Source of the DNA: the human T2T-CHM13v2.0 reference genome, Homo sapiens
Length of the DNA stretch: 64,000 bases
Strand: one strand, 5' to 3'
NCBI RefSeq assembly: GCF_009914755.1
Contig: NC_060932.1
In this document: positions 24,533 through 37,183 of the stretch, piece by piece
How the letters are laid out: the number at the start of each line of letters is the position of its first letter
How positions within the stretch are numbered: position 1 is the first letter of the stretch
The notes under the pieces: generated by a model
Told to the model about the DNA's origin: nothing
What the model saw: the letters and a program-made list of their open reading frames with translations, nothing else
Database searches by the model: none
Translations under genes and position numbers: made by a program

Positions 24533-25428
24533 TGTATTAGTTTCCCAGGGCTGCTATAACAAATTACCACAAACTTAAAACAACAGAAATGTATTCTCTC
24601 ACAGTTCTGGAGGCCAGAAGTATGAAATCAGCAGAACTGGGCCAAAATCAAGGCATTTACACAGCTACACTCCCTCTGGATGCTCTAGGGGACAACTTGG
24701 GTCCTTGCCTTTTCCAGCTTCTGCTGGCTGTGAGCATTCCTACTGTTGATTGTCTCATGGCCCCTTCCTTCATCTCATGGCCAGCAGTGTAAGCATCTTT
24801 GAGTCACTTTCTGCTCCATTTTCACATCATTGTCTTCTCTCCATGTGTCTGAAATCTCCCTCTGCCTCTGTTTCATAAAGATATGTGTTGCTATGGTTTG
24901 TGTCTCCTAAAATTCATATGTTAAAACTTAATCAAACCCATGTGATATATTAAGATGTGGAACCTTTAGCAGGTGATTAAGTCATGAGGGCAGAGCCTTC
25001 ATGGATGGGGTAAGGGCCCTTATAAAAGGGCTTTAGGGAGTGGGTACACACCTGTCCATTCCTTCTACCATGTGAGGATACAGCATTTGTCCCCTCTGGA
25101 GGTTGCAGCAACAGGCACTATCTTGAAGGCAGAGAGCAGCCCTCATCAGACATCAAACCTGCCAACACTTTTATCAAGGACTTTCAATCCTCTATAAATA
25201 TGAGAAATAAAATTCTGTTCTTTATAAATTACCCAGTCTCCTCACAAATGGACTAAGACACTTGTGATTGCATTTAGGGTCCTCCTAGATAATCCAAGAT
25301 AAACTCCTCATCTCGAGAACTTCAATATAATCATACCTACAAAAATCCTTTTTTCATATAAGGTAACACTTATGGATTCAAGAGATTAGGACCTGATATC
25401 TTAGGGGGCTATTATTCAGCCACCTACT
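24533..25428 (-). mobile_element. MLT1C/D-type LTR split by an MST LTR
   Basis: TGTATTAGTTTCCCAGGGCTGCTATAACAAATTACCAC up to 24888; resumes at 25261 CTTGTGATTGCATTTAGGG...ATTATTCAGCCACCTAC. Confidence 0.85.
24889..25260 (+). mobile_element. MSTC/MSTD-type MaLR solo LTR
   Basis: TGCTATGGTTTG...AAAATTCATATGTTAAAACTTAATC...TATAAATTACCCAGTCTC...GGACTAAGACA. Confidence 0.85.
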
Positions 25429-26835
25429 GGTGTTCAGGGATCAGCCCCAGATTACACAGCTGATACTAGCAGGGCAAGATGGTACCAGGTTTCTGCTCCC
25501 CACTGGAGCCTCTGTGACTAATTTTACATTAAATGACCTACACAGAGTGAGTTTCACCTTGTGATTTTTGCCTTATAATGTAGCAAAAGTTTCTCCACTA
25601 TGAATTAAGTATCGACCAGAACTTCAAGTAGTTATAATACTTTGAAGTGTCAACATATATGTTTCCCTCAGTCCATTTCCCTTGAACCTGAGGTCTGAAG
25701 CCCTTCCTGTTACCAGGCATCTAAATGTGCATTATCCATTAACTCGAGGAATGTCAACACAGAGGGTCAGAGAAGAGCGCACTCAAACTCTTGACTCTTT
25801 AGCTTTGAAAACTTGGAAATAACTGGAAGATTATTTGGTCCAGTGTAACTTCTCCAGGCCTTCCCTGCTTGAGAATAGATGAAGATTCCATAGTATAGAA
25901 GAAAGACGAGGGAGGAGTGGCATGGATAAATTAAAGTAACAATGCAGGCCTGAGCAAGGAACATCTAGAGTTTGCATCAGGAAGCAGGATGGGGACCAGT
26001 CACTGTTCCCAGACCATCTACTCTGGACAGGTTCTCCCATCCTCAGCCTTCTCTACTCATACTGGTCATCCAGTAGAATGTGACCTAAGTGTGCCTCACA
26101 TTTAGTCAGTCTTCCTCTTACCCACTCTATGTGGACAACACAGTTTCCATGAGAAGGATATGGAGGAATAGAGGAGAGTGCGCAGAACGCCTAAATGGTT
26201 GGAGGCAGTGACAGGGCTAGAAGTGGTAGCTAAAGTGCCCAGTGGGAGAGTGGTGAAATATACTTCCCGTTACACGAAGAACTAGTATTTGTATACTGCT
26301 TTACAATTTATAAAATGTTTTATATGCATTTTGATGAGTCCCATTATATTATGAGATTATGTTATTAAATCTGAGATATTACTTACAGCTAGTACATGGC
26401 CAAGTGGAGCCTGTGATTTTTGGTTTTACCTACCAACTCTCTGGTTTGCCCCTGTGGAAGTGCAGAGATTTCATCAGCTAGATGCCTGGGATAATCCTGT
26501 GACTCTGAGGAATTCAGAGCTTGAAGTCCAGGGTCAACAGCCTTTCAATTTGTCTCCAAGAAGACTCGGAACCCAGGGTCAATTTCTGTTAAGGGTTTAT
26601 CTTGTTCTTCAGACCAAATACAATGACAAAGGATCAAGTTGGAATTTTTATAGGCAGAGAAAGCAGGCAAGACTGAGTAGCTTTTAAATATTCAGTTTAC
26701 ATGGGAATTAGAGTAATGGTAATAAAGACATCTTTAGAAAAATAAATCATGTATGCAGAAGAAGCAATAAAATATAGTCTTGGAATAAAATCAGTGTCCT
26801 TGACAGTAGGATACTTTGAAACTAGCATTGGTAAC

Positions 26836-27214
26836 TGATATGGTTTGGCTGTGTCCCCACCCAAATCATATCTTGAATTGTAGTTCCCATAATCCCCATG
26901 TGTTGTGGGAGGGACCCAGTGTGAGGTAATTAAATCATGGAGGCAGTTTCCCCCATGCTATTCTCATGATAGTGAATGAGTTCTCATGAGAGCTGATGGT
27001 TTTATAAGGGGCTCCCCACTTTGCTTGGTCCTCATTCTTCTCCTTCCTGCTGCCATGTGAAAAAGGACATGTTTGCTTCCCCTTCTGCCATGATCGGAGG
27101 TTTCCTGAGGCTTCCACAGCCATGCTGAACTGTGAGTCAATGAAACCTCTTTCCTTGATAAATTACCCAGTCTTGGATATGTCTTTATTAGCAGCATGAG
27201 AATGAACTAATACA
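26836..27214 (+). mobile_element. THE1C-type LTR
   Basis: TGATATGGTTTGGCTGTGTCCCCACCCAAATC...GAACTAATACA; 379 bp. Confidence 0.92.
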
Positions 27215-27217
27215 TTA

Positions 27218-27336
27218 CATATCTCCTGTCCTCATATTTCAAAACACAACCGTACCTTCCCAACAGTCCCTCAAAGTCTTAACTCATTCCAGCATTAACC
27301 CAAAAGTCCAAGTCCAAAGTCTCATTTGAGACAAGG
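27218..27336 (-). mobile_element. THE1-int 3' fragment (antisense)
   Basis: ATCTCCTGTCCTCATATTTCAAAACACAA...CCCAACAGTCCCTCAAAGTCTTAACTCATTCCAGCATTAAC...GAGACAAGG; continues at ~27782-27805 (TTCCACCTATGAGCCT). Confidence 0.8.
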
Positions 27337-27780
27337 TGTATTAGTCAGGGTTCTCTAGCAGGACTGAACTAATAGGAAAGATGTGTATATAAGGGGAGTT
27401 TATTAAGGTGTATTGACTCACACAATCACAATGTGAGGTCCCACAATAAACCATCTGCAAGCTGAGGAGCAAGGAAGCCAGTCCGAGTCTCAAAGCTGAA
27501 GAACTTTGAGTCCGATGTTCAAGAGCAGGAAGCATCTAGCACAGGAGAAAGATGTAGGCCAGAAGACTAAACCAGTCTAGTCTTCCCACATTCTTCTGCC
27601 TGTTTTTATTCTGGCTGCACTGGCAGCTGATTAGATTGTGCCCATCCAGATTGAGGGTGGGTCTGCCTTTCCCAGTCCACTGACTCAAATGTTCATCTCC
27701 GTTGGTAACACCCTCACAGACATTCCCAGGAACAATACTTTGCATTCTTCAATCCAATCAAGTTGACACTCAGTATTAAC
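27337..27780 (-). mobile_element. MLT2A1 (ERVL) solo LTR
   Basis: TGTATTAGTCAGGGTTCTCTAG...GCAAGCTGAGGAGCAAGGAAGCCAGTCCGAGT...CAATCCAATCAAGTTGACACTCAGTATTAAC. Confidence 0.9.
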
Positions 27781-27982
27781 TTTCCACCTATGAGCCTATA
27801 CAAACACAGTTGTGAATTTAGGAATATCACTTATGTTCTCTCTGCTCTTCTTACCTCACATCTATAAAATGGAAATGATACATAATCTACCAGGAAAATA
27901 TATAAAGAATATAGAAAAGGATACTAGTATGATGTGAATGCGATGTAGCAGTATATTTTAAAATGAAGGAATCTGGAATATA

Positions 27983-28438
27983 TGTATGATGGGTTGAATT
28001 ATGTCCCCCACCCCCAAGTATATATATTGAAGTCTTAAATCCCCAGCACCTCAGAATATGACCTTATCTGAAAGAGTCATTTGGAAACAGGGTCTCTGCA
28101 GATGTAGTTAGTTAAGATGGGGTCCTGCTGGGATAAGGTGAGCCCCTAATCAAATATGACTAGTGTCCTCATAAAAAGGGGGAAATTTGGACACAAACAC
28201 ACACACAAGAAGAAAGCTTTGTAAGGTTGGATTTATGCTGCCATAAGGCAAGGAACTACCAGACACTAGAAAACAGGACTGCAGAAAATCATTTCCTAGA
28301 TCCTGCACAAAGAGCATGGCCTCGACAATACTTGACCTTGGGCTTCTACACTCCAAATGTATAAGACAATAAATTCCTACTGTTGAAGCCACTCATTTTG
28401 CAGACCTTTGTTACGGCAACCCTAACAAACTAATATAT
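27983..28438 (+). mobile_element. MLT1C-type LTR
   Basis: GGGTTGAATTATGTCCCC...AAATATGACTAGTGTCCTCATAAAAAGGGGGAAATTTGGACAC...CAACCCTAACAAACTAATA. Confidence 0.85.
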
Positions 28439-29406
28439 AGTGTCCCTGAAATGGTGTTCCTGTAATGAGGAATACCTGGATGTACCATTTTTGTCGTCAT
28501 TTCACGAGGGAGGTTCGATAATTCTGTTAAAAATCTAGATAGTGAACATATAAACATCCTAGTAAAGATCAGGAAGAAAGCTTCTTTTTTTTAATATGCA
28601 AACTTCTTAATTTTTACAGATGAAATTAAATATTCGGGATGTAATATCATTTTTCAAGGTCCTCTAAGGACTATAGTTAAATGTGTCAAATTATTGGGCC
28701 CCAAAGAGTAGTTGACTGAAAGCCTCTTCTATTGTCAGGGGTAAGTGGCATATAGATATGTGCCTTGTTCATTCATTCAATTATTACTTATCGAAGTTTT
28801 TGAACATATTGATTTTGTAAGGTCTTGCCTCCTCTTCAGAATAGTGAACCTTTTAATGGTAAGAAATTTGTAGTCAGAAGCTGCCAACTATCATTTATTC
28901 CCACATTTGGGCATCCTGAGTACAGACAGTAAGGAGGAGGGCAGGATAAATCACTGTATCCTACTTCCTTTCCTCTTCTCCTTACTTCCTTTTTAAATTC
29001 AAGATTTTTTTTTTTCCCCACATATCTTACCCTAGATTTGGATAAGAGAGACCCTGGTGATAGGACTCCATTTCAGAAAGTTTCACCTAGCACAAAAACA
29101 GTTCAGGCCCCAGCCAAACACTTCTCCATATCTCAGTCCTGGGTGGGATAATATTGGAGATGGATATTAGAATATGGAAAGAAATTGACTGGTAGAATTC
29201 TTATGTAAGAATAAGATAAATTAATGAGCTTTATAGATAGCATGAAGTCAATAGATTTTGCATAGTGAAACATGGTTTCCAAGTAGGGACAAGGCAGAAT
29301 TCAGAAATTCTTACAATATTGGCAACATTGGGATAAGTTCAGAGAAATATTTTGCAATATGATAAATTCATATTACTTTTAAATACATTCAAATGTAAGT
29401 TGAGAT

Positions 29407-29611
29407 CTCTGCTGTCCAATATAGTAGCCACTAGTCAAAAGTGTCTAATTAAATTTAAATTAACTAAAATTAAACAAAATAAAACATTTAGGTCCTCAGT
29501 CATACCACATTTCTAATGCTTAACTGCCGCATGTGGAGAGAAGCTACTGTATTAGACAGTTCACATATAGAACATTTCCATCACTGAAGAAAATTTTACT
29601 GGACAACACTG
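29407..29611 (-). mobile_element. MER3 (hAT-Charlie MITE)
   Basis: GCTGTCCAATATAGTAGCCACTAG...TAGAACATTTCCATCACTGAAGAAAATTTTACTGGACAACACTG. Confidence 0.85.
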
Positions 29612-32051
29612 ATCTGGATGTAACAAGTGTGAAGCATGATACCAATTCTTTACATCAGCCATTACACTGGTACTAAAGCTGAAATTGTAAATAATTTTAT
29701 TTTCACAAAAATATTCAATATAATTTAACAAATTCTCAAAAAACTAAATAAAAAATATTCAACTTTATTGAAGGGATTAAGAGACCACTGACAGCAGGCC
29801 TAGGATAATGGCACAAACTTGGTAGTTTAAAAAGATTGTCACAGTAGAATGTTGGCTGAAATACAAAAACATTTTCTGTACTCTGAAGGATACATATTTT
29901 CAATTCATTTTCTCAACTATGCCTATAGAAATGACATTGGGATCAATTCAGAGATCGTATTTTTTTTTCTGGATTTAGGAAAAGGAGAGATGTCTTAATG
30001 AAACATGTCAAGTCTGACATAATAACCACTCTCAGATACCCACTGAGAATACTGACTAAATGCCATCAACTAAATTAAGTTCCTACAGGACACTAGAAGA
30101 GAAAAATGAAACACATTTATCTTAAGAAATACTATAGAATTTGAATATTTTCTAAATAGGTGATAAAATTAAAATGCAATTGTGCCTTATTTATGTGATA
30201 AATTAAGATTTGTAATGACATTTCTGTGGTTACAGTTTGTGACCTCATTAAAATGTTTTAACATGATATGTAAAATAATAATTAATTTCTGAATCTAAAT
30301 ATTGTTTAAAGAGTTTGTTGACAATTCCAATTGCTTATTGCCTCAGAATTTCTCCTAATTGAAATTAATTTTTAAAAACTAAGAACTACAATGACTCAAG
30401 AGAAGTGTATGTAATTTGGCTTTACTCTCGGTAGCACACAAATTATGAGAGGCTCTTTAACAACATAGTTATGCACTGAAATAAATGAAAGAAAATATTT
30501 ATGTGGATGGAATATATAATAGTTAAAAATTTTTATGTCTTTAGAACTCATCCTAACATTGACATCTTTCCAATAGAACACCCCAACTTGAATTAAATTT
30601 CAGTTTTCATGTTTTCATTGATATTATGCTGGCTTCCAGTCCTTTAAAATAAATGATATTAGAAATATTTTCCAAATTTTGTCATTATGAAGGTATACTT
30701 TTCAAGGAAGGACAACAGAACATATTTCAATGAGCAGTGTGTTAGCTTGGTTTATTCCTTTAAAATACATGGTAAACTATTTAAAATATGATAAATGGGC
30801 CTCAATTTGTCACCTTTGGTCTAGGAATGAAAAGAGTAGGCCTGACCTGGGTATCCTTCTAGAGGAAGTAAACATTACTTTTTACACAGGGTAGTTAGAG
30901 TCTCCTATTTCTGGCCCTCAGGGAGTCCACTGAGATGAATGCGTGGATTCTAGTTCAACTTTACGGCTCGCTCACCACAGCCACATAGTCCCAGACATTT
31001 GAGAGTTGGAATTATTTAGAGAAGGGAAGACTGTGTTTGCAATGTGTTATACTGTAATTTAGTGGATACTGACCTGTCTCACAACATCTCTACAAATACA
31101 GAACAAGAGAAGGAGGGACCATTAAGCTGTGGTTTGAGGGATTTCATTGACACACCAGGGAACATGTGTTTGGCAGCAGATTATTCTTAAACCTTGCAAT
31201 GGTTGATTGAGGAAAATAGTGAGAGCCTCTGCCTTCTCTTCCTTTGGGCTACAGCTGGATTTCTCCAATATGAATGTAATGACCCAGGTGTAGTGTAGCC
31301 TTGTCTGAAAGCGGAGGAGTGGGGCATACAATGATATATAGTCCTTAGAGCTCTAGAAGGTTAGGATTTCATGGCCTGCTGTTTAATCATTACACAATCA
31401 AACATAACTGCAGCTCAAAGGCAGGAAATGAGTTTTACCACAATTTCCAAGCAAGTAAGGAAATGGTCTGCATGGGCTGCAATGAACTGTGCTCTTGCTG
31501 TTTTGCATTCTTGCTGAATGCCTAAGGGAGCCCTCTCACGCATGGACCTCTGGTAGAGGAGGAGGGGGGCTTTGAATTCTGTTTTGCCAGTGACACACTC
31601 CATTGTATATGACCACTAAAAGGGCCAGACTGAATTATGCTCATACAGGATGAAGCTGCAACATGTTGTAGTAAGGAGCAGCTTCCTGAGTCATGTGTCC
31701 TAAGTGAAAGCCACCCTCATCCTGGGCTGACTGTCCATCCCAGGCCCAGCCTGTACCAGCAGTCACAGGGGAGGGTCATTCATGGAGCAGTCTGCTTGAA
31801 AGGGCTCCTGGCTCAGGTTTCCCAACAGCAGCTGCTTGTCATGTAGGCATGTGAAACCTTTGAATAGAGTATGTGAGATGTCTGTCTGACTTACAAGAAA
31901 AGCTCTGCAGCTCTGAACTCAGGGAATGAAATGGCTTTGGAAGGGAGCAAGAAATGGCAGAGGCCACTAGATAGAAGGAGCAGGCATCTGTGGGCTGAGA
32001 TAACAGAAAGAGGACCACACTTTTTTTAATAGAACCACTTCAAATTAGTAC

Positions 32052-32229
32052 TAAATATATATATATTTATATATAAATATATAAATAAATTATATTTATA
32101 TAAAAATAATGTTTATATATAAATATATAAATATGTAATATATAAATATATATATAATATATAAATATATATTACATATTTACATATATTTATATTTATA
32201 TATAAATATATGTAGATACACACACACAC

Positions 32230-32280
<51 letters not shown>
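32052..32280. repeat. AT-rich low complexity, (CA)n and (TA)18
   Basis: Read directly; pure TA run at 32245-32280. Confidence 0.95.
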
Positions 32281-32281
<1 letters not shown>

Positions 32282-33939
32282 CTGGGGGAAATGCTTGCAA
32301 TGATGGCTGTCCAAAATGAAGGTCTGGAGCCCCTTAGGATGTGAGCTACATGAAGGAAAAGCTTTTTCATTCCTGCAATGCCAGGGCCTATAAGATTGCT
32401 GGGTATGTAGGTGGTACTCATTAAGTATTGTTGAATTAACCAATCAGTGGATGGCTCAATACATCTATAAATTTCACGACAGGCCACATGGCCTAAGTGG
32501 AAAGAGCTCGAAGGCTGGAAACAGACATTTACAAATTTGAGATTAGCTCCCTCTCTTTGTGCGTGATCTCAAAGCTATTAGCCTCAATTTTAAAAATATT
32601 TTAGATGTGTTTAATAATAACCACCTTGTTTGGTTGGGTAAGAATCAAATGAAGTATCATATTGCAGTTCCAGGTATATGTTTACATTGAGGACTTGATT
32701 CTCTTAAGTTCTTTATTTCTTTTCCTGGAGTTGGGGAAGTGTAGTTGCAAAAGAACAACCCACAGAATCTGCTTCTTATTCCCCAAATTATTCAATACTT
32801 AGAAACAAGGCAAAGACAGTTGTGTGTCCTTTCAGTGTCATTCTGAAGCACTGTATAACAGACTTACCCAAAGACTACTTAATAATTGAGGCAAATATGT
32901 CTGTGTTTGCTATCCTATTTATTAGATAGCAAATCAGAGCCCTGACTTTGTAATGCCACATTTTAACTTGTAGGTTTTTGTCCAGTAGAGATGCAAATAA
33001 TTTCTATCTAGTAGAAAATGTAACTGCAGAGGACAGCTTACTAGTTTTATATAGAATATTTTATTTGAATATTCTTTCTTTATTCCCTTCTTTCTTTCCA
33101 GAAATTTTACTTGAATATTCTTTCTTTAATCCTTATAAATTCTCTGTTGCTTAAATGCTCTTTGATAATATTTTATGATTTCACTGATTCCTTCTGAAGT
33201 TAATATAAATTAATCATTATATATTGTATGTGAGTCATGTTTTTGTCTTTTTGAATATTATACTTTGCTAGTACTTAGCGATTTCCATTTTTTGCTAGCA
33301 ATACCTATACATATTAGATACTTAGATACTCAACTTCAAAAAGTTTGTTGAAAAAAATGAGCAAATGAATACATGAAAGCATGAGCCGCAAAAGGAAGGC
33401 TAAGTGAGCCCTGAGTACTGTTAGCTTTGGACCCCACCTCCTCTCTAGAAGCTTCACTGGCAACTTCAGACCCAGCCTTTCCACTTCATACCAGCTGCAC
33501 AGAAAGTTTGGTTTAAAACTAAATGTTATGTCACTATGAAGGGAAGTTGGGTGCGCTCTACACAGTGGAGTGTACTATCAGCAGAGTTCATGCTGTTTTA
33601 CGATGTTTAGCTTGGATGGGAAGCCTCCATCTGCCCTTGGATGCGGCCGCTGATGTTAATTCAGTCTAGGCATTGATGGCTGAAGCTCTGCGTTTTCAAC
33701 TATTTAATACCTAGCACCTGGTCCATCTCTTCACCACTCTTCATTCTGATTCATGATTTCCTCATATCTCTACTTTTTGCTCTATGTTTCCACCTTGGAG
33801 GGTATCCTACGTGCTTCTTTGGACAATTCCTAGTGCCTACATTTGAGCATCTAAACTCTTTACTTGACACTCTCATAATTTCTTCATGTATAGCCACATT
33901 TTCAATTTTTTATTTTTATGTTTTTAAAAAAGATATGGT

Positions 33940-34443
33940 TGTATCAATGATTCATTAGGGATTGTGTTCTGCTCCATGTCATGAGAACTTGAAAAAATGG
34001 TTCCTTAATAATTCAGGGATCTGTTTCTCTTTCCTATAAATAGAAGTGCTGAGAGGGGCCGTTCGGACTTCATTTTGTAGCTGAACAACACTCCCAGTAA
34101 CCCAGGTTTCTTCTGTGTTTCCATGGAGACTCCATTGGCATGGGGTTTTTATTTTCAAAAATGTTTGGTGATTGCAAAATGAAAGCCCCTTTTCCAGTGT
34201 CAAGTTCACAATCTACATAGAATAAGGGACAGAGGTGAAGGGCACAGCACTTATTTTAGTTAAGTGTGTCTTTTTTTTATGGAACTTTCCCTGAATCCCT
34301 CCTAGTGATATCCAGTTACATCTCCTCAGCCACACTATGTGATGTAGCTACCCTTAGCCACAGTGGAAGCTGAGACAAAGCCAGCTACCCTGAACCAAAC
34401 CTTGGTTCTCTTACTAAGGAAAAAGGGGAAACTAAATATAGGG
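33940..34443 (-). mobile_element. MLT1J-like LTR
   Basis: ACCCAGGTTTCTTCTG...TTACATCTCCTCAGCCACACT...TAGCTACCCTTAGC...GGTTCTCTTACTAAGGAAAAAGGGGA. Confidence 0.6.
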
Positions 34444-36566
34444 TGCACTTTAAGTCCAGTGATTCTTTGTTGACTTTTTGCCTCGATGATCTGTCTAGTT
34501 CAATCAGTGGAGTGCTGAAGTTTCCCACTATTGTTGTGTTACTGTATATCTCTTTTCTTAGGTCTAGTACTAACTGCTTTATGAATCTGAGAGCTCTGGA
34601 GTTAGGTACATATATATTTAGGATTGTAATTTTTCTTTACTTTTTTCTGATTGGGTTAATTTGAAAGCCTTGTCTTTGAAGTCTGAAGTTCGTTCTTCTA
34701 CTTGGTCTAGTCTATTGTTAAACTTTTACACTGCATATTTTAATTCCCTAAATATGTCTTTCATTTCCAGAAATACTGATTGATTTTTCTTTAAAATATC
34801 TCTTTATCTCGTTTAATTTTTTTTTCATTCATATCCTCCATTTGTTCCCTTCTCCAAGACCCTTCATGAGTGGGAGGGCTGCCTGACTGTCGGGGTAGAT
34901 CTGAGACTAGACTTTCCCCAGTGAGCCTAGCAGTGTGCCTGTGCCTCTGCTGAAAGAAACTGCCCACAAGTGGAAAGCTCGGGGACTCAGGGCTTGCAGC
35001 CTGATTTCTTTTGTCTCATGGGATGCTCCCTTGAGATGTCCCATGAGACATCCCATCAGATGTCCATGGCGCATTCCCTCTTCCCTAGGAGTAGCAGTCC
35101 CTGCGGGGGCAAGACTACTGTGAATCCTGCTGCTCCTCTGGGTCTAGCCACCCAGTGGGGCTGCTGTACTCCAGTCTGGTGCTGGGGAATGTCTGCAGGG
35201 GATCCAGTGATGTGATGTTCCTAGTAGTGGGTAACAGCATCATTCCTGATGGGGGTCAGAGGGTAGTGCCATAGACTCTGGGATTTCCTGGATATAAATA
35301 GGCTTGTCATAGTAATATACTAAATACGTGGATAGACTCAAGGCCTCCTGGTTAGCCTGGATGATGCAAGCAATTGTGATCGCTGAGGTTACATAAAAGT
35401 ATTCTCCTTCCTGAGTGCTGTGTTATTGTGCCTGCAGATGTTGTAATGGGCTGTGCCAGCTGGCCTCCAGCCAGGAGGTGGTGCTTGCCAAAGAGCACCA
35501 GCTGCAGTGGTAGCAGTGGAATTTGTGCTCGCCTTATGTTACCCACTGCAGGTACTCTGGTATCTCAGGTGATGGGTAAGGCCATGGAGCTTCCAAATAT
35601 TCCTCTCCATTGTGTTACACTACCAGGGTAGGTGGAAGGGCAGAGCCTGGTAGGGCCTAGGTCAGGCAAGTTTGTACTCTGGCTTCCCAAGTGTGGACAC
35701 AAGCAGTGGCCCCACTGAAGATCAGACAGCTGTTCCCTGGCTGCTGGGAGGAGCACAGCTGCCTCTGCTGCACAAAAAGATCCACGCAGGAAGCAGGGGA
35801 TAGCAGGTGGCAATAAGCCCCACTCAGCTACTCAGCTCCTACTTATCTGGCAATACAGGTCTCACACTTGGGTTCCAGGCAGCCTGTACTCAGAACTCAA
35901 AACTGCCCCAGGCTCTAGGCCTACCCAACTGAGACAGAAACAGTGGCTTTCAGGTTATACCCCTTCCAGTCCATCCACAAAGCAGGCACCCAGCTCCTGT
36001 GCCCATTTCTTAGCACACTTCCTGCTCTCCCCTTGGTTCTGGGCATCAGGTTTCATCCCCCTTGAGATTATATCACAAATATCAATTCGGAGCTTCTGTC
36101 AACCTGTGACCACTGCCTGAGTTAGCTGGCAGACTTCTGTAAGGTCCCCTGAGACAGGATCAGGAATGGCTTCCCTCCACCCCGCTGGAGTCTGGGACTG
36201 CACACAAAGCATATCTTCATGCTGCTCCTTCTTATATACTCCCCACCACTCATTAAATCAGCTCCAGCACTGGGTAGAGTCACAACTTTTCTCCAGGGCC
36301 TGGACTGCCTGGCTCCCCAGTGGGAGTGTGTCACAGAGGCAGTCTCTCCCCTTCTCACACTATGCAAACCCCCAGTTTTTTACCTGGTTCGTGGTGGAGG
36401 CTACTTCCTCCTGCTTCTTTCCAAGAGTCTGTAGCTCCTTTCGGTTTTTCTATTAAGTTCCCGTGTTGCTTCTTGGAAAAAATTTCAGAGTGAGAATCTC
36501 GACACACTATTTTGTCTTTCCAAGTGGGAGAGGCATGCTAAAAATGCCTCCAATCTATCACCTTGA
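34444..36566 (-). mobile_element. L1PB/L1MA-era LINE-1 5' portion (5'UTR plus ORF1 and ORF2-EN remnants)
   Basis: Antisense EN piece (TTTAAGTCCAGTG...GAAGTTTCCCACTATT), ORF1 piece (TCTGAAGTTCGTTCTTCTACTTGG) and a GC-richer 5'UTR ending GCCTCCAATCTATCACCTTG (~CAAGATGGCGG start). Confidence 0.8.
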
Positions 36567-36806
36567 AAAAAAGAAAAACCCATTTACTTTTTAAGAAGAA
36601 AACATTTTTATTTGTATAAGTTGCCAAATTTCATACATGCTTACCTCAGCTTCTGACTATAATGGGGTAACCGTGATGGGACTTAATCCTCTCATAGTAA
36701 ACAACTGGATAACTGGATGAAATACACAAGGCAACTATTTCTGGACAGTAGACAACAGGCAGTGCAGGGCTGTAATTTATGAGAGAAGGGAAATAAGCAA
36801 GGTGAA

Positions 36807-37183
36807 TGCATTAGTTCCTTCTCACACTTCTATGAAGAAATACCCAAGATTGGGTAATTTATAAAGAAAAGAGGTTTAATTGACTCACAGTTCTGCAGAG
36901 CTGGGGAGGCCTCAGGAAACTTACAATCATAGCAGAAGGGGAAGCAAACACATCCTTCTTTACATGGTGGTAGGAAGGAGCATAATGATAACTGAGTGAA
37001 GGGGGAAGCCCCTTGTAAAACCATCAGATTTTGTGAGAACTTACTCACTATCCCGAGAATAGTACGAGGGAAACCGCCACCATGATTCAATTACCTCCCA
37101 CCGGTTTCTCTCATGACACGTGGGGATTATGGGAACAACAATTCAAGATGGTATTTGAGTGGGGACCCAGATGAACCAAATCA
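36807..37183 (-). mobile_element. THE1C/D solo LTR with perfect TSD
   Basis: TGCATTAGTTC...GAACCAAATCA; TSD GTGAA at 36802-36806 and 37184-37188. Confidence 0.93.

Noticed and set aside
31962-31977. CTCF-like GGCCACTAGATAGAAG
   Set aside because: Mismatches at the key GGC core positions.
32113-32487. YI-repeat ORFs
   Set aside because: Translation of (TA)n.
33643-33650. Isolated GCGGCCGC (NotI) site
   Set aside because: No surrounding CpG island or vector sequence; a single occurrence is compatible with chance.
34935-36456. Cluster of ORFs in GC-richer DNA suggesting a gene or promoter
   Set aside because: Explained by the old L1 5'UTR; CpGs have decayed.
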